A DNA stretch of 64,000 nt, from the NCBI GenBank assembly GCA_963803145.1, contig CAWDLW010000012.1, positions 32,001-96,000 of the forward strand, written 5' to 3'. Under the pieces are notes generated by a model that saw only the letters and a program-made list of their open reading frames with translations, made no database searches and was not told where the DNA came from. Within the stretch, counting starts at the first letter, position 1; each line of letters begins with the position of its first letter. The stretch is from Methanotrichaceae archaeon (lineage in GTDB: Archaea > Halobacteriota > Methanosarcinia > Methanotrichales > Methanotrichaceae). Both the position numbers and the translations under genes were made by a program. Positions 19,920 to 30,813 of this stretch are shown one piece after another.

Positions 19920-20180
19920 CCTCAAGCAGTAAATTTCTTCGATGCTCTGGTAGCCGTCAGTACGGCACTAATTATAATAATTGCGGTTTTTGCAATAGAT
20001 GTAATCACAGCAGTTGTGCTGGGTTCTTATGGAGTATCATCCGCAGCCATCAATGCTTTCATAGTCGGAATGGACGTAGGGTCAACATTAATATATTATA
20101 TAATTAGATATACAGTAGTAAGGAAGCTTAAAAGGGAGATGAATAACGACTCACTCGAATATATCTTATTCGGGGAGTAA
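19920..20180 (+). pseudogene. Start-less 3' fragment of a membrane protein
   Basis: Open frame of about 86 codons (ALVAVSTALIIIIAVFAIDVITAVVLG...LEYILFGE*) preceded by a stop, with no N-terminal start codon. Confidence 0.45.
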
Positions 20181-20221
20181 CGAACTCGCCCCAAAACTAT
20201 AAATCTTAACATTATATGTAT

Positions 20222-20350
20222 ATTGCGCTCCGTGGAATTCATATTGAGCAATTGCTCAAGTTCGGTCTGGCGGCGATCATCGGGATTCCGCTCTGCTTTG
20301 CAGTCGCTTATCTTGTTCGGAAGATCCCGTTTATGGCCAAGATCTTCTGA
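20222..20350 (+). pseudogene. C-terminal fragment of an acyltransferase-3 family membrane protein
   Basis: IALRGIHIEQLLKFGLAAIIGIPLCFAVAYLVRKIPFMAKIF* resembles the terminal helix of this family. Confidence 0.6.
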
Positions 20351-20360
20351 TACTTTTGTT

Positions 20361-20873
20361 CTATTTTTTGGCCCTCTCCACTATGCTTTTAATGAAATCT
20401 GTCTTGGCATTCGCATAGACGACCATATTGTGACCGTATCTCTCAGCCAGATCCAGCTTCAGCTCATAATATTTTCTGGCATCCTCCGGATGAACTCTGA
20501 GCCAGTCTCTGAAGATGATGTGCTTTAGATGAAAATCGCTATTATACCTGACCAGATGTAAGTGAAAGCGGACTCCTCCGGCGATACGGCAAACACAGTA
20601 GAACCAGTCAGGGTCCTCTCCCCGGCTTTTGTGGATATATCCCTGGGGCATAATAGCCTCAAGGATCTCATCTGCGGTCTTTTTGTCCGCCACTCCAACT
20701 ATTATATCTATTATCGCCTTAGCTCCCAGGCCGGGGACCGATGTGCTGCCTATGTGATCTATGGTGAGAATCTTTTCGCCGACAACTTCAAGGATGAAGC
20801 ATCTCTCAGCCTCATATTGCTGTGGCCAGAGGGGATCATATGGGATTAGTTTTACTGACATCGATAGCACCAA
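20361..20873 (-). CDS. GrpB-family nucleotidyltransferase-like protein
   Basis: YDPLWP, HIGSTSVPGLGAKAIIDI, HLH, FRDWLR.HP...Y..LK, Y..AKTDFI. Confidence 0.92.
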   Translation of the reverse strand: MVLSMSVKLIPYDPLWPQQYEAERCFILEVVGEKILTIDHIGSTSVPGLGAKAIIDIIVGVADKKTADEILEAIMPQGYIHKSRGEDPDWFYCVCRIAGGVRFHLHLVRYNSDFHLKHIIFRDWLRVHPEDARKYYELKLDLAERYGHNMVVYANAKTDFIKSIVERAKK

Positions 20874-21391
20874 TATTTCAGATCTTCATGGTTTTGATGG
20901 ACCAGCTAACGTTCTGTATACTTGGCTGACTGCTTATTTCCCCCAACCTGACGAGGTGATCATCATGCTGCTCGTCATCTCCCTGGCATCGATACTCTCC
21001 GTGGAGATCAATCCTCCTCTTGTCACGATCCAACGATGTCCGTGCAGCACTGCTACTTTCCATCGAGACAATCAACTGTAATAACTCCTAAAAGGGCAAG
21101 CTACCGAACGGAAAAATTTTCTACATATAGATAGTTTTCACCCTAAAACCTATTGTACCTTTATAGATGAAACATGGGATGGATAAATTTGGATAAAGCT
21201 GTTAAACCTGGATGTATCGTCGGCAGTATCCCATTATGTTGGAAAAATTTATTAACGAAGTTGTATGATTACATTTGGAATTAAATAAGGGTCACTCTTA
21301 AAGGTAATCCCTTCATACTTTTGCCCTACATCCAAATTAGACTCTTATGTATTTGCAAAAGGAGAATCGATAGGTCAGGAGATACGATTAA

Positions 21392-23520
21392 ATGGATAAG
21401 CGTAAAGATACAAAAAATGTTGATGAGGAGAACAAGGACCAACAGCTCGATTATTTCAGAGAAGACCCTAAGGATACAATTCTTTCCACCAATATGGGAG
21501 TAAAGGTCAGCCACACGGATGATTCCCTCAAAGCCGGTCCCAGAGGTCCTACTCTGATGGAGGATTTTCATTTTAGGGAAAAGATAACCCATTTCGACCA
21601 TGAGAGAATCCCCGAGAGGGTGGTACATGCCAGAGGAACGGGCGCTCACGGCTACTTCGAATGCCTAAAACCTATGGGCGAGTTCACAGCAGCGAAGTTC
21701 CTCCAGGAGGCGGGCAAGAGAACTCCTGTCTTCGTCAGGTTCTCAACAGTGGCAGGCTTCAGAGGATCATCGGACACAGTCAGGGATGTGAGAGGCTTCG
21801 CAACCAAGTTCTACACCGAGGACGGCAACTACGACTTGGTAGGGAATAATATACCTGTATTCTTCATCCAGGATGGCATAAAGTTCCCAGACCTCATCCA
21901 TGCCGTCAAGCCCGAACCAGACAACGAGATCCCACAGGCGGCCAGCGCACACGACACATTCTGGGACTTCGTGGCGAGCGCTCCCGAGAACGCCCACATG
22001 GTAATGTGGCACCTGTCTGATCGGGCTATACCCAGGAGCTACAGGATGATGCAGGGGTTCAGCGTCAACACCTTCAGATTCGTCAATGCGGAAGGGAAAG
22101 GGCGCTTTATAAAACTTATCTGGAAACCTCTGCTCGGCGTTCACTCTCTGGTCTGGGACGAGGCTCAGAAGCTTGCAGGAAAGGATCCTGACTTTCACCG
22201 GCGGGACCTTTATGATGCCATAGATGCCGGCGACTTTCCTGAGTATGAGCTCTACGTCCAGATGATCGATGAGAAGGACGAGGACAAGTTCGATTTCGAT
22301 ATTCTGGACGCAACCAAGGTCTGGCCAGAGGAGCTTATACCTCCTGTAAAGATCGGAAGGATGGTTCTGAACAGAAGGCCCGATAACTTCTTTGCTGAAG
22401 TTGAGCAGGCGGCATTCTGCCCAGGAAACGTCGTAAGGGGCATCGACTTCTCCAACGATCCATTGCTGCAGGCCAGGCTCTTCTCCTACATAGATACCCA
22501 GATCAGCCGCCTGGGGGGGCCCAATTTCCATGAGATACCCATCAATAGGCCCCTCGCTCCTATCCACGATAACCAGAGGGATGGGATGCACAGGATGATG
22601 ATCAACACCAGCAAGACGAGCTACTTCCCCAATACTCTTGGCGATAATTATCCAACACCTGCACCCTGGGATGAGGGTGGCTATGTCCACTACATGGAGA
22701 AGGTGGAGGGAAGGAAGGTTCGAGAGAGGGGTGAGAAGTTCAAGGACTTCTTCAGCCATGCCATGCTCTTTTGGAATAGTATGTCGGAACCTGAGAAGGA
22801 TCATATCATCAAGGCTTTCCGTTTCGAGGTTGGCAAGGTAGAGAGCAAAGAAATACGCCAGATGATTGTTGATATGTTTGCCAACGTTGATAAGGGGCTG
22901 GCCATAGAGATAGCTAATGGTGTTGGCGCTAAACCTCCGTCGAAGGGAGCTGATGCTAGCAAAGCCGGGAAATCCCCGGCGGTGAGCATGGAGAACACCG
23001 CAAAGGACTCCATCAAGAGCAGGATGATCGCAATCCTGGCCGAAGATGGTTTTTCAGGCTCTGAGCTGACGGAGGTCAGGAAATCCATTGAGAATGCCGG
23101 AGGGCATGTCAAGATCGTCTCCTCGTCATTGGGAACAATCGTTGGAGAAGATGGCAAGGTGATTATGGTCGATAAGAGCTTCCTCACCTCTGCTTCAGTC
23201 ATGTTTGATGCAATCCTTGTCGCAGGAGGAAAAAGAGCATCGGTAGCATTAAGGCCAACGGGGATGCGATTCACTTCATCAACGAGGCATTCAAGCACTG
23301 CAAAGCTATTGGAGCTATAAGTGACGGCATTGGATTACTCGGAGCTTCAAGCATAAATGGCGTCGCCTTTGCAGATCCCAAAGGACAGGTAAGATCCGAG
23401 ATGGGGGTTGTGACTACAGGCACGGGTTCGGATATGGACGCCTTTTCTAAGGAGTTTATAAATGCGATAGCTAAGCATAGGCATTGGGAGAGGGAGATGC
23501 TCAAGAGCGTCCCAGCCTAA
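21392..23520 (+). CDS. katE: Large-subunit (HPII-type) heme catalase, with a frameshift near 23230
   Basis: FDHERIPERVVHARG and ARLFSYIDTQ. The C-terminal domain continues in another frame after the A5 run at 23230-23234 (GDAIHFINEAFKHCKAIGA...AIAKHRHWER) to TAA at 23520. Confidence 0.92.
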
Positions 23521-24152
23521 TCTTTTGTTTAGCAAACAGCTATTTTTTAGTCTATTATCACTTTTTTGTTTGTTAGCATTTTTAATCTATTGGCTTTTTA
23601 GTCTATTAGCGTTTTCTGATCAATCATAACAAACTCATGAAAGGCCAATCTACTAGACATTGGTGCATTTACACGTCTCCAATAAATTCAAATAGTTTAA
23701 TGACTAATAATGATGTGGATATAACGCCTCCGAAGAACGACTAAAAGCGCCTATTGCCTATGGCCGGGTATCCAGTGCGTGGTGGCTGGATATCCCTCTA
23801 TAGGCCAGAAAAAATGGTCCTAAAGATTTAGCAATAAATACCGCTATGGTCTAAAATATTGCAATCCAAAAAGAGCTTGTACAAATCATAACTTACATCT
23901 CCCAAAATTCGCCCTGAGGAGGTATCGAGTTTACGGGGGACTGGATGCCTCCTAGGCCCATAGAGTGTTTTGTAAGAAGACCGCGATAACTTTGCTTTTG
24001 TGCAGTTTTCAGCTAAGCTTTCTCAATTTCCATCATCCTCTTGAGTCTCCTATAGCAGTTCAGAGGATGCATGACAGTTTCACATCTTATAGGCTAATGC
24101 AAACGATCACAGATCTCAAAACTTATTACCCAAAGGATACCCAGTATTAGAT

Positions 24153-25370
24153 ATGATTTTCCCAATGAATAAGCGGCAATATATTCAACTGAAAGGAGGA
24201 GCTTTAGTGGGACTGATGTTTGTTCTGCTTTCGCTCATGGCTCTGCCAACAGGCATGGCCCAGGATATCATTACCCATAGAGATCTGGTCATTGATCTTG
24301 GAGATGGTCTTAAGACAGATGCACAGCTTACATTACCGGTGGTCGGAGAAGGCCCATTTCCGGGCGTCCTTTTGATTCAGGGAAGCGGGACGATAGATAT
24401 GAATGAATACCTTCCTCCGATAGTTACTGGATCGAATGAACCTTCAAGGCCGTTTCTCCAGATAGCCGAGTATCTATCATCTAGAGGCTTTGCAGTCCTG
24501 AGGTTTAACAAAAGAGGTGTGGGCCTGAATGATACAATTCTGAATATCAGTGCCATCAACAATTCTACCTTCGAGAGCTATAAAGCAGATGCTGAAATGG
24601 CACTAAAGACCTTGGAAGCCCAACCGGAAGTCAACAAGAGCGATATAACGATTCTCGGTCACAGTGAAGGGGCTATAGTTGCTCCGAGAATCGCCATCGA
24701 TAACAAGGTTGTGAAGAAAGTGGTTCTCATGGCGGCCCCGGCTGGGAACTTGAAGGACCTAATATATTTCCAGCTTGTGAATAGGTCTCTGCTCTTTGCA
24801 GAACAGGTTATGGATACAGACCATGATGGCCAGCTGTCAATAAAGGAAGTTGTGGCGACTATGAGTATGCCAAATGACTCAATAGCCCCCTTGCCGGCAA
24901 TCGGACTCATAAAGAAGAACAACACTACCGGCGAGTACCAGTGGCATCCGCAGGTCAGCGCAAACCCCACCGGAAATATAAGCATTCAGAATGATCTAAA
25001 GCCCTTGCTAATCAAGCAGTTTGAATCCTTTACCGCCAATCCCAAAGCTCAGGGATACAAGTGGCTGCAATCCTACTTCGCCCTGAACAATACCATTGAC
25101 ATAATCGGCAATGTCTCTGCGAGCATTCTGCTGCTTAATGGAGAGAACGATACACAGGTTCCTGTTGAGAATCCTATGCTGCTTGAGCAGAAGCTGATGG
25201 AGGTCAACCATCCGGATCATACTCTGATAACCTATCCAGGACTCGGGCATTCTTTCTATCCATCTATGAATTATATTCAGCCTTTGGGGCCGATAAGGGA
25301 GAATGTGCTGGCGGATTTACATGCGTGGCTGACCAATCCTGCGAGAAAAGTAAGATACTTAGTTGGCTAA
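24153..25370 (+). CDS. Secreted alpha/beta hydrolase
   Basis: Signal peptide; GPFPGVLLIQGSG, nucleophile GHSEG, GENDTQV, GLGH; EF-hand-like insert DTDHDGQLSIKE. Confidence 0.9.
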   Translation: MIFPMNKRQYIQLKGGALVGLMFVLLSLMALPTGMAQDIITHRDLVIDLGDGLKTDAQLTLPVVGEGPFPGVLLIQGSGTIDMNEYLPPIVTGSNEPSRPFLQIAEYLSSRGFAVLRFNKRGVGLNDTILNISAINNSTFESYKADAEMALKTLEAQPEVNKSDITILGHSEGAIVAPRIAIDNKVVKKVVLMAAPAGNLKDLIYFQLVNRSLLFAEQVMDTDHDGQLSIKEVVATMSMPNDSIAPLPAIGLIKKNNTTGEYQWHPQVSANPTGNISIQNDLKPLLIKQFESFTANPKAQGYKWLQSYFALNNTIDIIGNVSASILLLNGENDTQVPVENPMLLEQKLMEVNHPDHTLITYPGLGHSFYPSMNYIQPLGPIRENVLADLHAWLTNPARKVRYLVG

Positions 25371-25517
25371 TGCCCGGGCACATAAAAAGATCCTTATTTG
25401 CCCCAGCCTCAATTTTTAAAGATAGCAGTTCGGTAGCTGAGCAATGTTCAGTGAACCAGACTTTAGAGGAAGTAATTTAGAATGCATATGGAAAATTTGT
25501 CCCTTATCTTCTAAATT

Positions 25518-27715
25518 TTATTGGGCGGGGGTAATATTGCGCAATAGCATCCCCAGATCATCTACCTTCACCGGTTTTGCGATGTAGCCATCCATGCCAG
25601 CTTCCAAACACTTCTCTTGGTCGCCATCCATTGCAAAGGCAGTGATAGCTACGACCTTCGGCCCATCATCGGGCCAAAGCTCTCGTATCTCCCTGGTGGC
25701 GGTGAGTCCATCCATCTCAGGCATTCTGATATCCATGAAGACTAAGTCATAAGGCCGGATCTGGAGAGCCTGCAGAACCTCGACACCATCTGCAACAGCA
25801 TCAGCCCTGTAGCCAAACTGTTTCAGCATTTCAACGAGAACCCTCTGGTTTGATGGGTTATCCTCGGCTACAAGAATGCTAAGAGGCTTCTGGTCTGAGA
25901 GGTTTTCATACTTAGCTCTACCCTTCTCACCTAAATCCAATTGCTTGCCTGTGATAATCTCTACGGGAATAGTGAATCTGAAGGTAGAACCTTTGCCCTC
26001 TTCACTTTCCGCCCAGATCTCTCCGCCCATGAGTTCCACAAGCTTCTTGCTTATGGCGAGTCCGAGTCCTGCGCCATCACGCTTACGGCTTATTACGTAT
26101 TCAAGCTGTGTGAAGGGCTGGAAGAGTCTGTCCATCTTATCCTGGGGCATGCCAATGCCTGTATCTTTGACTGCAAGGTTATCTGGCGCTTATTGCCTTC
26201 AATGATTTTGGAGGAGACAGATACGGATATATCTCCTTTATCTGTGAACTTAACAGCATTGCTCAGCAAATTGACTAAAATATGCCTGAGCCTGCCATAA
26301 TCACCGATGATCGCATCGGGTGTTCCGTAAGCGACAGTATAAGCTAGGTTCAATCCCCTTTTATCCGCTTGAACTGCCACCATATCCAGCGACTCCTCAA
26401 TGCAGCGCCTAAGGCTTAATGGTTGGAGCTCCAGCGTTATCTTCTCCTTTTCTGCCCTCGAAAACTCAAGGATATCAGCGATGATAGACAGTAGAGCTTC
26501 GCCACCCATCCTAATTCTCTCGATGTACTCCTTTTGCTCTTGTGTGAGATTATCCGCCAGGAGAAGACTTGAAAAACCAATCACCGCATTAAGGGGTGTT
26601 CTGAGCTCATGGCTCATATTTGAAAGGAAGGCAGCCTTGGCCTCAGCTGCAGCTTCGGCAGCCTCCTTAGCACGAGAAAGCTCAGCAGTTCTTTCCATAA
26701 CCCGTTGCTCAAGCTCATCCCTGGCTTTACGAAGCTCTCTCTCGTTCTCTTTCAGGGCCTGTCGTGCCTTCACTCTTACTATGGCTATGCCAAGCTGCAT
26801 GGCTATTGTTTCCACGGTTTCCACCATGTTTAGAGGGACCATGTTCTCTTTGGGGTCGGAAAGCTGGATCATGCCCAGTATGCCGTTCTCAAATCGAATG
26901 GGAATCAAGGCGACTGATTCGTATCCGACCTGATTACACACATTTCTAGTCTGCCCTTTATCTTCTTCCGATACCGTGGCCAGGAATTTGGTTGTGCCGT
27001 TCATGTAAAATGAGCCGCCAATGGTATAGAAAGGAAGATTCGGATCTGTGTCTCCTTTTATGACATTTATGCACATGCATTTGTCTGATTTGATCGATAG
27101 CGGACTCTCCGACTCGTAGAAGCTCTGGGTGAAGCCGTCGTAAGCCTGGTATGGAATATTGCCTTCTTCATCCAGCAGCCTTATACCTACCGCACTACAA
27201 TGGCTAAAGACTTTTAGATAATCGACAGCCCTTTTTAGCAATGGTATCAAATCAACGCCGGTGTTTGCGATTTTTAAGATTTCATTGATAGCTTGAATCT
27301 CTTTCTCGGCCCGTCTGCGCTGTGTTAATTGTTCGGCCTCCTGCAGAGCCCTGTGAATCACAGGTCCGAGACGGCTTAAATGCTGCTTCAAGACATAATC
27401 GGTCGCCCCAGCCTTCAGCGTTTCAATGGCGACCTCCTCGCCAATAGCCCCGGATACAATAATCGCTGGTATATCGGGAAATTTTTTCCGTGAAACAGCC
27501 AGTGCGCTCAGGCCGTCAAACCCAGGCAAAGAGTAGTCCAGAAGAATCAGGTTGGGAGTAAATTCTTCCAAGGCCTGAAGGAAGGTTTCTTTGTTATGAG
27601 CCCACTGCACCGTGTAGTCGGGGCAGACATTGCGCAGCTCACGCTTTACTAATTCATAATCCGAAGCATTATCTTCGAGAATCAAGATGCGTATCTGGCT
27701 GTTCATAGTAAACAT
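25518..27715 (-). CDS. Hybrid histidine kinase REC-GAF-HisKA-HATPase-REC, with a frameshift near 26175
   Basis: ORFs 26093..27715 and 25518..26150 join as ITFAVKDTGIGMPQDK if one T is added; SHELRTPL, NLLSNAVKFT, GAGLGL, MDIRMP. Confidence 0.9.
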
Positions 27716-27727
27716 TCTCCTGGATCG

Positions 27728-28174
27728 TTATCTGGCGAGCGATTTATTCAACAGCATCCAGTACATTCCGAGATCTGCCACGACTTTGGCAAACTCATCA
27801 AATTTGATCGGCTTTGTCACATAGCTATTTACGCCCAGCTCGTAAGCATCCTTGAGATCGCGGTCCTCTCTGGAGGATGTCAAAATGACTACGGGAATTT
27901 TCTTTGTTCTGTCATCCGACTTGAGTTTACGCAAGACTTCTATGCCGTTGACCTTGGGAAGCTTCAGATCCAGCAGTATGACCTTCGGACTGCCGTCGTC
28001 CTGTCTATTGATAAAGCTGCCTTTCCCAAACAAAAAGTCCAGCGCCTCTGCGCCGTCCTTCAAAAGGATGATCTTGTTGGCCAGATTGTGTTTTTTGAGG
28101 GCTCTTGTGATGAGTTCTGCATCGTTTGGGTCATCCTCAACGATTACAATCTCAAATTCTGCTTGACCATTCAT
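27728..28174 (-). CDS. Single-domain response regulator (Rcp1-like)
   Basis: [32 protein letters not shown]. Confidence 0.93.
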   Translation of the reverse strand: MNGQAEFEIVIVEDDPNDAELITRALKKHNLANKIILLKDGAEALDFLFGKGSFINRQDDGSPKVILLDLKLPKVNGIEVLRKLKSDDRTKKIPVVILTSSREDRDLKDAYELGVNSYVTKPIKFDEFAKVVADLGMYWMLLNKSLAR

Positions 28175-28175
28175 G

Positions 28176-29195
28176 TTATCTATCCTCTGGTAACGTAAAA
28201 TAAAAAGTTGCTCCTTGATCTAAAGCGCCCTCTGCCCATACTCGTCCCCCATGGCGTGTAACGATCCTGTACACAAGGGCAAGCCCCACGCCGGTACCTT
28301 CAAACTCCGCTGCCGAGTGCAGCCTCTGAAAGACACCAAAAAGCTTGCCCACGTACTGCATATCAAAACCTACTCCGTTGTCCTTGATAAAGTAAGCGCA
28401 CTCATCCAATTTTGGCAAATAGCCGAATTCAATGAACGCTTCCTCTTTGGTTCTCGTGAACTTTATGGCATTTGAGAGCAGGTTTACCAGGATCTGACGT
28501 ATCATGGAGTTATCACCGTAGACAGGCGGAGAGGGGTGAACTGTGAATTTGATTTTACGGCCATGCTCTTGGGCGAAAAGCTCCTCAAACACCGACTTGG
28601 CCAAAGTCTCAATATCGATCTTTGATTTTGTCATCTGCTGGCGGCCCAGACGTGAAAAAGTCAGCAAATCGTCGATGAGGCGTCCCATTCTGTGGGCGTT
28701 TTCCTGAATGAGCCCAAGATATCGCTTGCCTTCGTCATCAAGCTTTGGTGCGTAGTCCTCGATAACCGCTTGCGAGAATCCGCTGATGGCGCGCAAAGGT
28801 GCCCGGAGGTCGTGGGAGACCGAGTAGGAGAAGGCCTCAAGTTCTTTATTGACTGATTCAAGGAGTGCTTTTGCCTGTTCGGCCTTGATTCGTTCGGACT
28901 CAACATCCTCAAGCATGTTCAGGAGGGCTCGCTGGGTATCGCCTAATTTGTTCCTCTCCTCATTCATATCTTCCATAATGTTCAGGGTCCCCTTTTGAAT
29001 CAGTTGAGAGTTCCTGCGATACTCATCGAAATCCTCCAATATATTCATCGTGGCCTGCTGAAGCATTCGAAGCCTTTCCTTTTCTAGATCGAAATCCTCC
29101 AAGATGTTCAAAGTGGCTCGATGAGTCTCTTCGAGCATCCTTAGGCGTTCACGTATGTTCCCTGTTTCGGTGGATGTTTGTTCTTGCTCAGCCAT
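28176..29195 (-). CDS. Histidine kinase lacking a sensor domain; four 21-aa N-terminal repeats
   Basis: [39 protein letters not shown]. Confidence 0.93.
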   Translation of the reverse strand: MAEQEQTSTETGNIRERLRMLEETHRATLNILEDFDLEKERLRMLQQATMNILEDFDEYRRNSQLIQKGTLNIMEDMNEERNKLGDTQRALLNMLEDVESERIKAEQAKALLESVNKELEAFSYSVSHDLRAPLRAISGFSQAVIEDYAPKLDDEGKRYLGLIQENAHRMGRLIDDLLTFSRLGRQQMTKSKIDIETLAKSVFEELFAQEHGRKIKFTVHPSPPVYGDNSMIRQILVNLLSNAIKFTRTKEEAFIEFGYLPKLDECAYFIKDNGVGFDMQYVGKLFGVFQRLHSAAEFEGTGVGLALVYRIVTRHGGRVWAEGALDQGATFYFTLPEDR

Positions 29196-29206
29196 TGCTT
29201 TGCTTC

Positions 29207-30574
29207 CTAGGCCGACCCTCTTTTAAGATCTTCAATCTCTCTCTTGAGATCCTCAATCTCCTTTTTCAATTCTACCATCTTGAGCTCGCGTCCCACAGTT
29301 AGTCGCTGGAATTTTTCAAGTTCAGCAAGCCTGTCCAGATCTTTCCGGCGCTGCTCGGCCAGCTCCTCCTCGGCTCTTTTTCGTGCTGTAACGTCACGGG
29401 CAGCAGCAAATACTCCCAGGACATTGCCTCGGGTATCTTTGTAGACGCTTGCATTGTAGAGGACATCCGTGAGCCTTCCATCCCTGTGTCTTATAGTCAG
29501 AGGATAATCTGTGACAAATCCTTTTGCGAAGACCTGCAGGTAGCCTTTCCTGGCCTTCTCAGATTCTGTGAAATAATTGGAAAAATCTGTGCCGATAAGC
29601 CGCTCTCTTGGAACGCCTGTGACCTTGACCGTGGCCTCGTTGACATCAGTAATCTTTCCATCACCACTGATTGTGACCAACGGATCAAGGGATGATTCGA
29701 TAAGGCTGCGAGCGTATTGAGATGCCTGCTTCTGCGCAGTTACATCGCGAGCAGCAGCAAATACTCCCAGGACATTGCCTCGGGTATCTTTGTAGACGCT
29801 GGCGTTATAGAGAACATCCGTAAGCCTGCGGTTTTTATGTCGAATAGTCAGGGGATAATCAGTAACGAAACCTTTTGCGAAGACCTGCTGATAGCCTTCC
29901 CTGGCCTTTTTCGGCTCTGTGAAATAGTTGGAGAAATCTGTGCCGATAAGCCGCTCTCTTGGAGCGCCTGTGACCTTGATCGTGGCCTCGTTGACATCAG
30001 TAATTTTTCCATCGGCGCTGATTGTAACCAACGGGTCCAGAGAGGATTCGATAAGATTGCGGGCATATTGAGATGCAGCACTCAATTTTTCTTCAACCTG
30101 CTTTCGGGCACTAACCTCCGTCGTAATATCTCGTGCGATGGTGGCAGCTCCGACGATCTGGCCCTGCTTATCCTTGATAGGCGAGATGCTCAAAGACACA
30201 TGGACGATCTGACCGTCTTTTCTCCTGTGTACTGTCTCATAATGAATGCCCTCTCCCCGATTGACACGTTCCAGGATGTCAGGCACCTTATCGTCATAGC
30301 CTTGTGGAATTAAAATGGAGATAGGCTTGCCCACGGCCTCCTCGGCAGAAAACCCGTAAATCTTCTCAGCACCGCTGTTCCAAAAGGTGATGATGCCTTT
30401 GGAGGTTTCTGTGATAATAGCATCATCCGAAGACTCCACAATAGAGGCCAAAAGAAACGTTTTGTCTTCAAAAAGGCCTTCAGAAGATTCTGAACCCTTT
30501 CCGGTTTCAGTCATTGACGCGCTTTTACTCTTTTGGACCCATTTGTTATCAGCCATTGATGAACTCCTTTTCAA
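29207..30574 (-). CDS. Three-PAS sensor protein without kinase domain
   Basis: Three PAS/PAC modules; ends in coiled coil LEKFQRLTVGRELKMVELKKEIEDLK. Confidence 0.9.
   Translation of the reverse strand: MKRSSSMADNKWVQKSKSASMTETGKGSESSEGLFEDKTFLLASIVESSDDAIITETSKGIITFWNSGAEKIYGFSAEEAVGKPISILIPQGYDDKVPDILERVNRGEGIHYETVHRRKDGQIVHVSLSISPIKDKQGQIVGAATIARDITTEVSARKQVEEKLSAASQYARNLIESSLDPLVTISADGKITDVNEATIKVTGAPRERLIGTDFSNYFTEPKKAREGYQQVFAKGFVTDYPLTIRHKNRRLTDVLYNASVYKDTRGNVLGVFAAARDVTAQKQASQYARSLIESSLDPLVTISGDGKITDVNEATVKVTGVPRERLIGTDFSNYFTESEKARKGYLQVFAKGFVTDYPLTIRHRDGRLTDVLYNASVYKDTRGNVLGVFAAARDVTARKRAEEELAEQRRKDLDRLAELEKFQRLTVGRELKMVELKKEIEDLKREIEDLKRGSA
29375..30076 (-). repeat. Tandem 351-bp (117-aa) PAS duplication
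   Basis: Near-identical units starting ASQYAR at 30076 and 29725. Confidence 0.9.
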
Positions 30575-30578
30575 TTAA

Positions 30579-30798
30579 TTATTTATCCAATTTGAAACAA
30601 TTTCCATTCCACAATCGACAGCGGCGATATCCTGCTGAAAAAGATATATTTTGGTCTAGGATATCACCAGCAATTCCGCTCTTGATCCGCTCGGCCCTTG
30701 CGTTCCGGCTGGTCACGTGTCCTTCAGCGTCGAGCATCAAAACGGTATAATCTCTCACGCTGCTCGCAGAAACAACTTCATGACTGATAAATTTTTCT
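30579..30798 (-). pseudogene. Degenerate PAS-domain fragment next to IS481
   Basis: SVRDYTVLMLDAEGHVTSRNARAERIK resembles the PAS consensus SVRDYAIFMLD.EG.V.SWN.GAERIKG. Confidence 0.6.
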
Positions 30799-30813
30799 AC
30801 ATATGGCAAGTCA

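Noticed and set aside
21767-22804. 345-aa antisense ORF and similar shadow ORFs throughout the window
   Set aside because: They lie opposite well-supported genes (katE, pycA, mcm and others) and carry no motifs.
23225-23240. Programmed -1 ribosomal frameshift in katE
   Set aside because: The run is A5G, not a canonical X-XXY-YYZ heptamer in frame, and no stimulatory hairpin is evident; a simple deletion is more parsimonious.
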